64,000 nt of DNA, from assembly GCF_006345805.1 (NCBI RefSeq), contig NC_043008.1, positions 30,938,001 through 31,002,000 of the forward strand. The letters are read 5' to 3'. Positions within the stretch are counted from its first letter, which is position 1, and each line of letters opens with the position of its first letter. Source of the DNA: Octopus sinensis (taxonomy: Eukaryota). Both the position numbers and the translations under genes were made by a program. Below, piece after piece: positions 25,866 to 39,283 of the stretch. The notes under the pieces are model-generated. The model was given only the letters and a program-made list of their open reading frames with translations, had not been told where the DNA came from and searched no databases.

Positions 25866-27060
25866 CAACTAACCCGCTCTATAAATTCAGTGACAACGCA
25901 ACCTTCACACAACGCCAAAATAAAGAACTATATTTCATAAAAAAATTTAGACCAAGTTTAAACACCCTGGGCCAGGAATACTAAAACAAAAGATAAGTCC
26001 TCCGAAAAGGAGAAGCAAAATTCCACCACGACCGCTACTTCAAACAGACACTCACTCTGACGGAAATATACCTAAGTAAAAAAGGGGAAAAAAATTCTTT
26101 CGTGCAAATCTGAACCTGATACATACGATACAGCTAAGGGTCAGACCCGATTCTGATTGGTCAACAAGTTGATGACGTCTAGCTCAGCTAGAATGGACAG
26201 GATACAAACAGGGGACAGTCATTAGTCAGAATATTGATGACGTCCTTTTCTGCTTGAATAGTCACCTAACAAGTACAGACAGGGGGCAGATCTAATGTAG
26301 CTATAAGTCGTGATTGGGCAGAATCTGCATGACGTCCCGTTCTGCTTGACTAACGAAGCGACTGGTCAGGACAGGAAACAAACAAGAGGCAGTTATAATG
26401 CAGCGATTGGTCAAAATAATGACGTCCCGTTCTACTTGACTAACGAAGCGACTGGTCAAAACAGGAAAACAAACAAGAGACAGTTATAATGCAGCGATTG
26501 GTCAAAATAATGATGACGTCCCGTTCTACATGACTAAAGCCACCTAACGAAACGATTGGTCAAAACGTTGATGACGTCACGCTACGCTGAATTGACCACC
26601 TAACAGGCATTATGAAACCGAACACTTCACAAAAACTCATTAGAACCACCCAGCGAACATCCATCATGGGTCATCACATTTGCTTAAGGTAAAAATGAAT
26701 TCCTCGCTCTTTCGGAAACATCAATCTTCTGTATTGACCGCTTTCCACCACTTTGATCTGTTTTTTGTATTGAATACGTATCGCCACCGTGGGCCACTGC
26801 ATCGAACACTTTGAACATATACTTCAAACTATATATCAACTATACATGAACTATATATCAACTATACATGAACTCTAAGATGTCTGACTCCGTTGTGTAT
26901 TATAAATGAATTTCTTGTGTTTGACGGCATGAGCTGTCTTTTTTTATATATAACTTTTTTTGATAAAGTTCATTTCAGGAACTGAAACATGTTATAATGT
27001 ATATATATAAAAATTAAAAATTGTATAATACAGCAGCATTTTCGAACTTCATTTTTTACA
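25866..27060 (+). mobile_element. Penelope-like element 3' part: GIY-YIG C-terminus plus long pLTR
   Basis: [20 protein letters not shown] (R-x-x-x-E-x-x-F-I-x-x-F-x-P-x-L-N endonuclease end), then tandem repeats and a hammerhead-like TTGATAA-AGTTC-N7-GAACT-GAAAC near 26960-26990. Confidence 0.7.
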
Positions 27061-27086
27061 AATATATATATATATATATATATATA

Positions 27087-27420
27087 GTCGCAGGACTGGG
27101 GGTGTGAGGTACGAAGCTTGCTTCCTAACCACATGGTCCAGGGTTCAGTCCCACTGCGTGACACCTTCGGCGCGTGTCTTCTACTACAGGCTTGCGCCGA
27201 CAAAAGCCTTGTGAGTAGATTTGGTAGATGGGAACTGAAATATATATGTGTATGTGTGTGTGTGTGTGTGTGCGTACGTGCATGTGTATTTGTGTGTGTT
27301 TGTTCCCTCACCATCGCTTGGCAACAGGTGCTGGTGTGTTTACGTCCCCGTAAATTAGCGGTTCGGCAACAGAAAGCGATAGAATAAGTACTAGGCTTAC
27401 AAAAATAAGTCCTGCGGAAT
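27087..27420 (+). mobile_element. CORE-like tRNA SINE
   Basis: AACCACATGGTCCAGGGTTCAGTCCCACTGCGTGACACCTT..., same family as 41371. Confidence 0.85.
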
Positions 27421-27683
27421 AAAAGAATATATATATATATATAAAAAAATATATATATATATAGGAAATGTAGATAAGTTCACACATGTATATATATATA
27501 TGGTGTCCTGTACTCACGTATATATATTTATATATGCATGTATATATACATGTAGATGTAGGTACGTACATATATGTATGTATGCATATATTTTATTTAT
27601 TACACTATTGTATGACTGAGCGCCTTCGCGTCGATTCGATTCGATTCGTCCGTTTCGTTTCGTTTCTTCTTCTTCTCCCAGTA

Positions 27684-27722
<39 letters not shown>

Positions 27723-28534
27723 AATATATATGCATACACACATACACACACACTCTTATATATATGGAACAAGAAATTATGTAATGATCTTCATTAGCTT
27801 GCAGCTGTTTTTGCTATAAGATGCACTGCACTCATAGCTCAGGACTTGAGTATCGACTTATAGCTTCGTCGGAGCTGTAAAAAATTCTTGTCATTTATCT
27901 AATTCCTTATTACGCCCACTACTCGAAAAATACTTTTTTCTGAAACATTTTCATATTGAATTCTATCACCAGTTTATTAGTATTTATGCCTCAGTGATAT
28001 ACATATATGTGTGTGTGTGCGTGTATGTATATGTATATATACACACATGTATGTGTATATACTTGTGTACTTATAGAGATATATGCAGGCATACACATAA
28101 ACGTATACATGCGAGGAAGAGGAAACAAATACAGGTTTCAGATTTGATACATTTAAAATGTATTACGTTCTAACAGTTTCGCTTCCACGTCACAGATAAA
28201 TATAAATATGTAAGGCTCGTAGTGCCATTATACAATATATATATATATATACATACATACATACATATACATATATTTGAGTATGTGTGTGTGTGTAAGT
28301 GTATGCATATACGTGAATTTTTTCACATGTATATATATGGATACATATACAAATATACACATGTATATGTATATTTATGTGCGTATGTGTGTATGTGTCT
28401 TTAAATATATATATATAATGATATTCATATACGCATGTGTGTAAGTACGTGTATTAAATAATAGCAGCAAAAAATAAGGAGAGACATACCCAAAGACACA
28501 CACGTTCATATACTTACAATCACATGTTCACATT

Positions 28535-28566
<32 letters not shown>

Positions 28567-28567
28567 C

Positions 28568-28659
<92 letters not shown>

Positions 28660-28771
28660 ATTGCATCAGGTTTTGTTTCTATTATGCTTCGAATATCGAC
28701 CCTTATTGATGATTAAATCTTATTCCTTTGTTTTCATTTTTTTTCGTTGTTCCTTTGTTGATTTCATATAT

Positions 28772-28806
<35 letters not shown>

Positions 28807-29116
28807 TTTTGGAGTTTCCTTTTTGTTTAGTGTAATCGATAGAAAGTTCTGAATTTTACAAATTGGTTTATTGATTATGCTTTGTATTCAAAATCCGACT
28901 GTTGTATAGTAGTCCTTTTTTTGGGAGTGGGAAGTCTATTTTGTTCTGAGTTTTTCTTTTGTTTTATTTATGGGAGGGGTGCTTTTTGTGACAATGGAAT
29001 AAGTTGGTTTTAACACTAAACTCTGTTTTGGTTATTTAGGATAGTTTTTTACGATTTAAATTCTTTCTATGGTCTTTAGAAAATACTATGATGCCCACTT
29101 ACACACGCACTCATAG

Positions 29117-29208
<92 letters not shown>

Positions 29209-29589
29209 AATATATGTATGTACGTGTATAGATATATATATTTATTTAAATGCATATATATATTCATATATATGTATATTCATGCTGTATATTCATAATA
29301 TATATCGAGATGGCTATATGCGTGGGAATGTGTGTATGCACACATATATATATGTGTGTGTGTGTGCGTGTGTGTGTATATATATATGTATATATATATA
29401 TATGTAGGTATATATATGTATATATATATATACCTACATATATACAAACACACATACATATATACGTAAGTATATATGCATATATATATAAAATGTACAT
29501 ATGTATATATGTAATACATATACATATATATATATATATAAACTGTACTGGGAGAAGAAGAAGAAACGAAACGGAACGAATCGAATCGA

Positions 29590-29672
<83 letters not shown>

Positions 29673-30053
29673 ATGTATATATGCGTACATGTGTATGTAT
29701 ATATACCAAGTGTAATTTACGAAAATCAAATTGAGTTTATGAAAAAATCGTTGTTTCATACATTTACGTCGCTTATATAAATTTTCTTTCCATTAAAGTC
29801 TTCCACTGTGCAGTGCCACATTCAATGGATAAGATACAGCTTGCCTCGGGAAATTAATGAGTAAGGAGGAGGATTGAACTAATTAACCGCATATTTCCTA
29901 CTTTCTATTTACTTTATACTCTTCACTACCGATTCTCCCATGTATTTTTCCCTTGGCGCTTTTCAGTTATTTATACTAACTCACGTCGCGCATGTAACTA
30001 TGCATGAACGTATTCCATAAACATTAACAATTTAATATTTGTATCTACGTAAA

Positions 30054-30451
30054 GGCAGCGAGATGGCAGAAACGATAGCACGCCGGGCGAAATGCTTGGC
30101 GGTATTTCGTCTATCTTTACTTTCTGGATTCGAAATCCGCTGAGGTTGACTTTACCTTATATCCTTTCGGGGTCGATGTAATCGATTTCATCCCTTTGTC
30201 TGTCCTTGTTTGTCCCCTCTATGTTTAGCCCCTTGTGGCCAATAAAGAAATAAGAAACGTTAGCACACCGGGCGAAATGCTTGGCGGTATTTCGTCTGTC
30301 TTTACGCTGAGTTTAAAATCCTCTGAGGTTGACTTTGCCTTTCATCCTTCGGGGTCGAGAAATTAAGTTCCAGTTGCGTACTGTGGTCGATCTAATCGAC
30401 TGGTCTCCTCTCAAAAAATTTCGGGCCTTGTGTCTAGAGTAGAAAAGAATA
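30054..30451 (+). mobile_element. Meta-domain-like SINE dimer
   Basis: Same family as 9518. The second unit restarts at AGAAACGTTAGCAC near 30253. Confidence 0.85.
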
Positions 30452-30477
30452 TTTGTGCATGTGTATTTCTACGTATG

Positions 30478-30519
<42 letters not shown>

Positions 30520-33259
30520 TATATGTATATATGTATATGTATGTATGTATTGATATATTGATAATATATTCATATTATACAGGCATACTGACACCACATT
30601 TGAAGGCATACTCCCACTTCCTTTGAATTCTATCTGAATGCGTACGTGCATACATACATATATCTATAACTCTAAAAGAGAGTTTGTGTGTTTGTGTGTA
30701 CGTGCGTATGTTCCTTATGCATTCCAAAACCGAGGTGCCGATTTTGACGTATGGGTTATCAAAAGATTCAGTACTATTTCGGCTACCAATTAAACTTTAT
30801 TTTCATTGACATATTTGCATTACAAAAATTTTAAATTATAATCTTTTACATAAGTCAACTATCGTAAACATTTCATATGACGACGATGTCGTCACATTTT
30901 CTATATCCTTCAACACGAGACACACCTTCACTCACTCTATCAGTCTTTCTCTCTTTCGTAAACACGCATACACACACACACGTCCATTTCATATACACGT
31001 GCATACATCTTTCCCTATCCACCCCCTTTTCTCCTTCCTTTCAATTTCTGCTCTCTTCAAAGAATAAAGAAACCAATTTTTACGGATTGACCGAGAGAAA
31101 CGCAGAATAAGAAAAAGACAGAGAGACAAGAGAAAGAAACATAGACGGAAAACAAGTTTCTATAGGAGAAGGTGGAAGAGAGGGATAGCGGGTGAGAGAC
31201 AGACGCTGATGTTTCATACCCTATGTTCCATAGCTGAAAGTGAAAAAAGCCAGCACAAAGAGAGGAGGAAAGCGGGAGAGAAGAGAACGCCAACAACCCC
31301 AGAACCCAGGTCGTATCGTACACATGTTAAGGTCATTTTTAGGTCATTTTCACTTTCGTCCTATGTTTCACGCATGCGTTGAATTAGGCATTATCTCTCT
31401 TTCAATTTCTCATTATAAGGTGCAGAGACCTGATGCTGTCGACAAGTCACAACTTCCACTAATTAATTGGAATTAAGAAAGGTATACAAAAATAACTTCC
31501 TTTGCCGCACACAAACACACACACACACAGAGTTACAATCCCCACTACTTATTTCTTTCCTCAATTTACTCACATTCTTATTTTCCATACAGCACATTTG
31601 CATTTCGCCTCAAAGCGGGTAACTGATGGGTGGTCGAGATGGGGGAAGGGGCATTCAGTATTTCTTCACCAGATTCCTATTTTTTCGATGACGGAGATTC
31701 CGAATATGCAAAAAAAACCACGTTTTCAAATTTTTTCATTCCTCCACCCAAATCTTTAATTTTTAACTTTTTCGAAAAACTTTTTTCAATCTACGTGGAA
31801 AAATACGGAGATTAAGAATATTGGGTGAAGGGGAACAAATTCTAATTTTAAATGGAAGTATGTTAAACTTTTTAATTATTTTAGAATGAAGAACACAAAC
31901 ACAGTTACTGAGCCAGTGAATAAACTTGTACTATTTTGTTGAGATTAATCCAGCAATTATTGATAAGATAATTGTTTCTATCAGAATCGTTTACCTTTAA
32001 AGCGAAAAAACAAAACCGACGTATATGACAGGTATGTCAAATATATGTGGTGTACTTGTTTCTCTGTTCATTCGGATAAGCTGTAGAAATTGTTGCGTGT
32101 GCGTATACCCACAACCACAAAAATTCTCCGGACATTTAGCTATTATTTTTAGCGTATCGAGTTTCGTGGTGAGGGCTTCACATGCCGTGGTCCTTTTGCT
32201 CTTTCACTATAAATCTATGCATGCGGAAACGGACAAAACAGCCGTTCATTTTCACTTTTAGACAGCGGGATGGGGTGTGGATCAATTTGGGAGTTTTTCA
32301 TTAAAAATTTGTTTCCTCTCCCCCATAATCTTAATCTCCATATTTTACCACGTAAATTGAAAAAAAATTTCGAGAAAAAGCTAAAAGTTTTGCGCTTGGG
32401 TGAGGGTTAATCAAAAATTTTGAAAACGTTTCTTTTTTGCATATTCGGTATCTCCGTCATCGAAAACATGGGAAGCCGGTGAAAAAAAGGGGAAAAAATC
32501 GGGAACTTACAAGGAAGTTATCTCAGAAATCCTGTCCTTTACCTGTTTTTTCTAGCATGTCCGAGATTACATTTCCGTCCCACCCCCTTATTTATTTCTT
32601 GGATTTACTCACATTCTTATGATTTTCATACAGTATTTCCTCAATTTAATCACATTCCTATGTTTTTCATGCAGGAGATTTACATTTCGCCCCAAAGCGG
32701 GTAGCTGATGGTGGTCGAGATGGGAGAAGGGGCATTCAGTATTTCTTTCAGAAAAATTTAACTTTCAAGAACAAATTATATTTCCCACATTCGTAATCTC
32801 TATTTTTTTTATAAAATTCGAAAAACAGTTTAAAATTAGGAAATTTCGGTGGGGTGGGGGAAATTGTAATTTTGAAAACGTGATTTCTAGCCAAAATCAT
32901 ACCAACCCCTTTTTATTTCATGAAACAGTACATAGTTTGCGATACCTCTTAAGAATATAAATCACTTTCATGCAAACTGCACCTTCCCCCTCCACTTCTG
33001 GACAAACGATAACTTCCATTACGCCAGTAATCCATTCCACTATATATCAGCTAACAGAATGCATTACGCTTATCAAAACAGAACTGCCAAATCCTTGAGA
33101 GTTTACCGCTTCTTCTCATGATAACGGTATACAAATTGACATATGATTTTTTTCCACATCTCTTCATTCGTTACTAAAAAATCAAATTATAAAATGCACG
33201 ACTTCAAATTGCTATGTCTTCCATCTTATATGTTCCGTAATCTTTTGCTCTTTTCAGCA

Positions 33260-36200
33260 ATACCATCAAAACGAAGACATTCTAATTTATCTCCACAAAC
33301 AAGGGCTGCAAAGAAAACTGCCTCTATTCATGCTCAAGAAAACTCAGTTCGGCATGAACAGCGCCTACTCTCTAATAGACAAAGAGCTGCAGCAATGCAG
33401 CGTCAGAGTCTCAAACAGAACGATTGCAACGACCAAGTGTAGAATAACAGCAACACGGTCTGAGGTATACCGCTAGGTGCGGCATTTTCATAATCAGTGG
33501 ACTACAGAAGCAACACGAGCAGCTGAGTGTCATGAAGCTCGTTCCACACGCTTACTACGAAACAGACGTACAACTGCAGCAGCCCGATCTGCTGAGTCTC
33601 AGGAGCACCGTTCGGCACACCTTACACTGAACCGACGTGAAACTGCAACAAGCCGAGCAGCTGAGTCTCACCAACAGCGTGCCCACCACCTCTTACAGGC
33701 ATCCAATAGCCATGCGTTTCTTAGAGCAAATTGCTGTATACACAGTGTTACTATAATGAGTTCAAGAGTCCAACATATAATGCCTGACGCCCTCACGCAT
33801 GTACCAATGGAAAGTGCATTTTGTGAAGAGAAATCGGTTCTTAGATATGATCCTAATTTAGATTACAGTGATGATCTTACTATAAGAGTAGGCGGGCTAT
33901 CGCATCACTGTAGATTTTGGGGGCAAAGAAGTTTACGTGTGTAAGTCCTAGAATGTGTTGCTCTGGAGGCAAGGTTCAGGTTCCTCTATTACAAGATCAT
34001 CCACAGCCATAATTTGACTTGCTAGATGGCTGTACTGCAAAATCAAAGCACTTCCTCTTCAACATTCGACGATACAATTCCGCTTTCCAGATGACATCTG
34101 TTGGCGCGACTAAACAAATAGCAAAGGAATGATTTCTGACGACAATCAGAGCTCAAGAGCAGGTGTACCACTTTATAAGGTCTCTTCTACCATCCAGCGA
34201 TGACCAGGCAAAATTCCTGAAAAAATGTACTTTATGGGAAACAACCAGCAGCAGTTAAGGAAACGCTGTCAGATAATAACAACCTTGCATGAAGACATCG
34301 TTTCTACTCCGCAGGCCATGTTTTTGACCCACAATAATCTGATTCGACAGCAAAAAGTTGCAGTAGAACGGGCACAAATTTCAAATGACTTCACCCTAAC
34401 CATAAAACCCGACAAAAACCCGTTGGACACCATTCGGGTCGATGCAATGCCTCCACCTCTGAAGAGGTCGCTTGTATCTTAGTTGGGGATCAATATGACC
34501 ACAGGGATATTGTTATCCACTCACATGACAATACGTTACGAAGGGTTTCTGAGATTCATCGTTCATATGATGCTCTACAGTACCCAAACATATTCTGGGA
34601 AGGGCAAGATGGCTATCACTTCGGCATGCCTCCATCTGATCCATTAACCGGACATAATTATCAAACAAAGTCTATGACTAGCAATGACTTCTACGCCTTC
34701 ATGATCATGGTTCGTGAACCGGTCAGACACTTACTCAAATGTTGTGACATTTTCCAGCAGTTCATGATAAACATGTACGGTAAAGTGGAGAGTGAGCGCC
34801 TTCTTTGTATAAAAAAAAATAAGCAACAAAAACTTCGTGCTGAATCACACATCCACTTGCGAGATGTTATTGCTAATAATGATGACATTCCAAATGTCGG
34901 CCACGGCGTTATTCTCTCGGCTTCCTTACCGGGGCACCAAGGTAAATGCACGAAAAACACAAGACGCTATGACCTATGTTAGAAAATTTGGCTCTCCAGA
35001 CCTTTTCGTTACATGCACAAGCAATCCTACGTGGACTGAAGTTACTGAAAATCTTCTGCCAGGGCAAAAACCCCATCATCGACATGACTTAATCGCCAGG
35101 GTTTTCCACATTAAGTTATTGAAATTCATAGACATACTTACAAAGAAAAATATATTTGGAGAAGTTTCCTGTCGACTGCATACCGTCGAATTGCAAAAAC
35201 GAGGCTTGCCACGTGCGCATATTTTGATTTGGTTCAACGAAAAGTTGCACTCAACCCAAATTATAAGTGCGGAGATTCCAAATCAGGATGTAGGCAAACG
35301 ACTTTTCGACATCGTCAAATCGTATATGGTTCATGGTCCCTGCAGCCTTTAAAATCAGAATTCCTTATGCATAATAAATGGAAAGTGCTGTTCAAAAGGA
35401 TACCCTAAGCAGCGCACTTCTGAAACGCACACTGGACATGACGGGTATCCAACGTACAAAAGACGCAAACCGGGAGACGGTGGATTCCATTTTACTCGTC
35501 GATCACAGCAAAGTCCGGTCGTTGTAGACAACAGATGGATTGTCCCATATCGTCCTCTATTGCTACGAGTTTTCAAGGCACACATTAATATGGAATTTTG
35601 TAATTCTGTTCACTTCATCAAGTATGTATGCAATTATATAAACAAAGGGTCTGACATATCTGTCTTTGGCCTTTCAGATGCTGATAGGGCGAATGAGGTA
35701 CACCATGGCCCGTTATGTAAGCAGTAATGAAGCCGCTTGGACACTACTTCATTTCTCCATCCATGACAGATATCCCACAGTTGTCCACATCTCTGTTCAT
35801 TTAGAAAATGACCAAAGAGTTTATTTTGATCCATTGAATCCCGAAATAGTTTGAGGACAAATATATGCGCCACAGGCGACGTCTCTCACAGCATTCTTCG
35901 ACCTGTGACGCATTCGCCGCGACCATCTTCTTCACAGACATACCCAAGTACTATACCTAGAATAACCATGTTAAGAATTGAAAGAGGAGAAAGCTTGGTG
36001 TAACCGTCGAAGGACATCCACACATATAAAAGTAATGCTCTGGGTCGAGTTTATACGATCCACCCAAAAACCTTCGATTGTTGTCATTATTTTTCAGAGC
36101 TTTTAATAAATTAGACGATTAAAAGCTCTGAAAAATAATGACAACAATCGAAGGTTTTTGGGTGGATCGTATAAACTCGACCCAGAGCATTACTTTTTTA

Positions 36201-38170
36201 TGTGTGGATGTCCTTCGACGGTTACACCAAGCTTTCTCCTCTTTCAATTCTTAACATGGTTATTCTAGGTATAGTACTTGGGTATGTCTGTGAAGAAGAT
36301 GGTCGCGGCGAATGCGTCACAGGTCGAAGAATGCTGTGAGAGACGTCGCCTGTGGCGCATATGCTACTGTCTCCGGATGCTCCTCCACAAAATTCTTGGA
36401 CCAACGTCATTCGAAGACCTTAAAATAGTAAGCTCCATGATCTGCGAAACATTTTAACAAGCCTGCCAACTACGAGGTCTTGTAGATAGCAGTCACTGGA
36501 GCTTAGCTCTCTCTGACGCAGCAAACGCAGGTACAGCTTACCAACTAATATGATTCTTCGCCATCATTTTGTACTGTTGCGATTTACCGTATCCACTACA
36601 ACTTTGCGTGAACCACAAAGACAGCCTATCTAATGACATCCTTCGTGAAGCTCGACGGTTGCATGGGCCAAGTGTCTCATACTCGGGTGTTATATACACT
36701 GAAGCATTACGTCATTTAGAAGACAGGCTTAATTCCATTAGGGGCAAAAGCTTATCCGACTAAGGCGTTCCAACACCTCCAGCTGAACATCACGGCCTTT
36801 AAAGAGAAGTCGTTCAAGAAAGAGCATACGACAGGGATGCCCTGAAAAGGCAACTTGATGAAAGTGACCCATTATTGCAAGCTGAGCAAAGGTCTGTTTA
36901 TAATGAAATAGTAAGTGTCTACCTTGCAAGGAGAAGGACGTCATCTCTTCATTGATGCGCCAGGAGGGACAGGGAATACTTTTCTACTTAACCTACTTCT
37001 GGCAAAAATAAGGCAGATGGGAAACATAGCGATTGCAGCCGCATCCTGCAACTTTTACTTCAACGGATGCCCAAATGTGCAATATTTCAAAACAATAACC
37101 TACTGCTCCAAACTACATTTATTATCTGGGATGAATGCACGATGGCACACAGTGGTGCACTAGAATCCCTAAATAGGTCACCAAGGGATATTAGAAACAA
37201 TACTGCCATTATGGGGGGGGGGGGCTTAACTTGCAGGGGAGTTCCGTCAAATATTACCAGTCATACCACGGTGTACGCGAGCTGATGAGATCTATGCGTG
37301 TCTGAAGTCTTCACCTCTGTGGAGATTTGTTCGTGAGCCTTCATTAAGCAAGAATATGTGAGATCATCTCTACAACGACCCCTTAGATGAGGAATTCTCT
37401 CATCGACGTCTACAAATTGGAAATGGTGTCTTACCGTGGAATAACACCTTGCAGCAGCATGTTCTGCAATGTTGGTACATGGTGTCTACATTGGCCGAGC
37501 TTAAAGAAAAGTTATTTCCCACATTGCAAGACAACTTCAAAATCATGGCAAGGTTCGCAGTGAGAGCTATTTTAGCACGTCGGAATGAAAACTTTGATAA
37601 AGTAAACCATGAACTCCTCCACTTCTACCTTCAACGTTTGTCTCCAGTGATGCTACCATCGACGAACATGCCACTGTTGAGTATCCAGTTGAATTTCCCA
37701 ACTCTCTACAACCCACAGGACTTCCACCGCATAAGTTGTTCCTAAACAAAGGTGCACCTATCATGCTCTTCAGGAATTTGGACCCACCACAACTATGCAA
37801 TGGTACAATATTGATTGTAACTATAATGACAAGTCATGTCTTAGAAGCAACCATTAAAGCCGGCTGCCATCGAGGAGAGATCGCATACATTCCACGCATG
37901 CCCCTTATTCCCTCAAATGTGCCATTTCAGTTCAAGCGCCTCCAGTTCCCAGAGCGATTCTGCTTTGCTATGACAATCAACAAAGCCCAAGGTCAAACTT
38001 AAAAAATTGTAGGTCTCAGTTTACAACTACCCTATTTTTCTCATGGACAACTATATGCTGTATGCTCTCGAGTTAGCAGTGCAGACGACTTGTATATCTT
38101 TTCTTACAACACTGGACTTACGCGAAACATAGTTTACCCAGAAGCATTGTCGGCTTCATTTAACATATGT
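33260..38170 (+). pseudogene. Helitron RepHel (HUH/Y2 Rep + Pif1 helicase) pseudogene
   Basis: N-terminal ESQE-x-R repeats; PDLFVT; VELQKRGLPRAHIL; KYVCNYINKG; FIDAPGGTG; IIWDECTMAH; RNLDPPQLCNGT; FAMTINKAQGQT; FSHGQLY...SRV. Numerous stops and frameshifts. Confidence 0.95.
35863..36362. repeat. Near-perfect inverted duplication: 245-bp arms, 10-nt loop
   Basis: 35863-36107 is the reverse complement of 36118-36362. One mismatch was seen by eye. Confidence 0.95.
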
Positions 38171-39089
38171 TGAAGTGTGCAGTCTGCCCAAACATTACAG
38201 AGATGGTGCTTTCCACAATGAAGCAGCTTTTTTTTCCATGTACCTTACTCTCTGCAAAACGGATACTGCTACGTCCTCATTCGTCATCCACTTCTTTACA
38301 TCCGTAAGTCTAGGTCATTTTGGGGGCATTTTTAGGATTTCATTCTAATCTAAGCTGTAATTCTACATGTTTTTGGTGACAACAATTTCAGCATTGTTCA
38401 TCACAAAATGACCGAAAAACATGTCTATAAAAAAGAGTTGTTTGCTTCGCGCTCCTCGTGTGCCGATTCTACACATAAGAAAGAAACAAATAATACAATG
38501 TGACTGTAGGTTATAACACCCGGGCAACACCAGGATGCATTGTTAGTGTGTGTGTGTGCGTATATATATATATATATAGTGTGCATGTGTATGTATATAT
38601 GTGTGAGTATATATGTCTGTATACATATAGTCATACATAGCTTAGATTGGTTTCGGCCATTATCAGCCCAGGCCATGTCTAACTCAGTAGCACCATCAAG
38701 TCTGAACTGTCTTTTGGCAATATCGAATGTATCTATGAAATGAGGTTGGGAGTAAAACGAAATGCTTAAATGATCTAAAGAAAGAAATAAAGTTACATAT
38801 TGATATGACAAAAATAATAATACAAATTGTTTGATACAGGAGGAATGGCTAGATATGGGAGATGCATTTGAAAGGTGGTTAGAGAAATATCAAAGTAAAT
38901 TAATTAGGAGAGGTGCGTAAAAGAGAGAAGATTTCGCCTGTTACAAGGATGTGGATGATACATGTGAAAACAGTAAATGTCGATGAGATGTGTCAAATTA
39001 AGTGTGGATAATCTCTTACAGCGGACAAAATATGTGGTGAGAGTGGACTAACAAATTAAAACAGAAATCGTTGTAAGCTTAATAAAGAT

Positions 39090-39283
39090 TTCAAATTTTG
39101 GCACAAGGCCAGCAAGTTCGAGCGAGGAGGTTAGTCTATTACATCGACCCCATTGTTCAAATGGTATTTATTTTATCGATTTCAAAGGGATGAAAGGAAA
39201 GTAGACTCAAAGCGTTTGAACGGACGAAAAATCGCTTAGCATTTTGTCCAACGTGGCAACGAGTCTGCCAGCTGGCCGCCTTG
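39090..39283 (-). mobile_element. Meta-domain-like SINE, diverged
   Basis: ACATCGACCCC...TTTTATCGAT...GGATGAAAGG...TCTGCCAGCT, reverse of the 9518 family. Confidence 0.7.

Larger units (their letters stand above)
30663..38546 (+). mobile_element. Helitron, apparently full span, degenerate
   Basis: 5' A|TCTATAACTCTAAAAG start. 3' degenerate hairpin CCCGGGCAACACCAGG followed by TTAG|T (CTAG variant). Internal RepHel pseudogene. Confidence 0.85.

Noticed and set aside
26150-26580. CRISPR-like repeat/spacer appearance
   Set aside because: The units are homologous along their length, irregular, lie in a eukaryotic PLE context, and have no cas genes.
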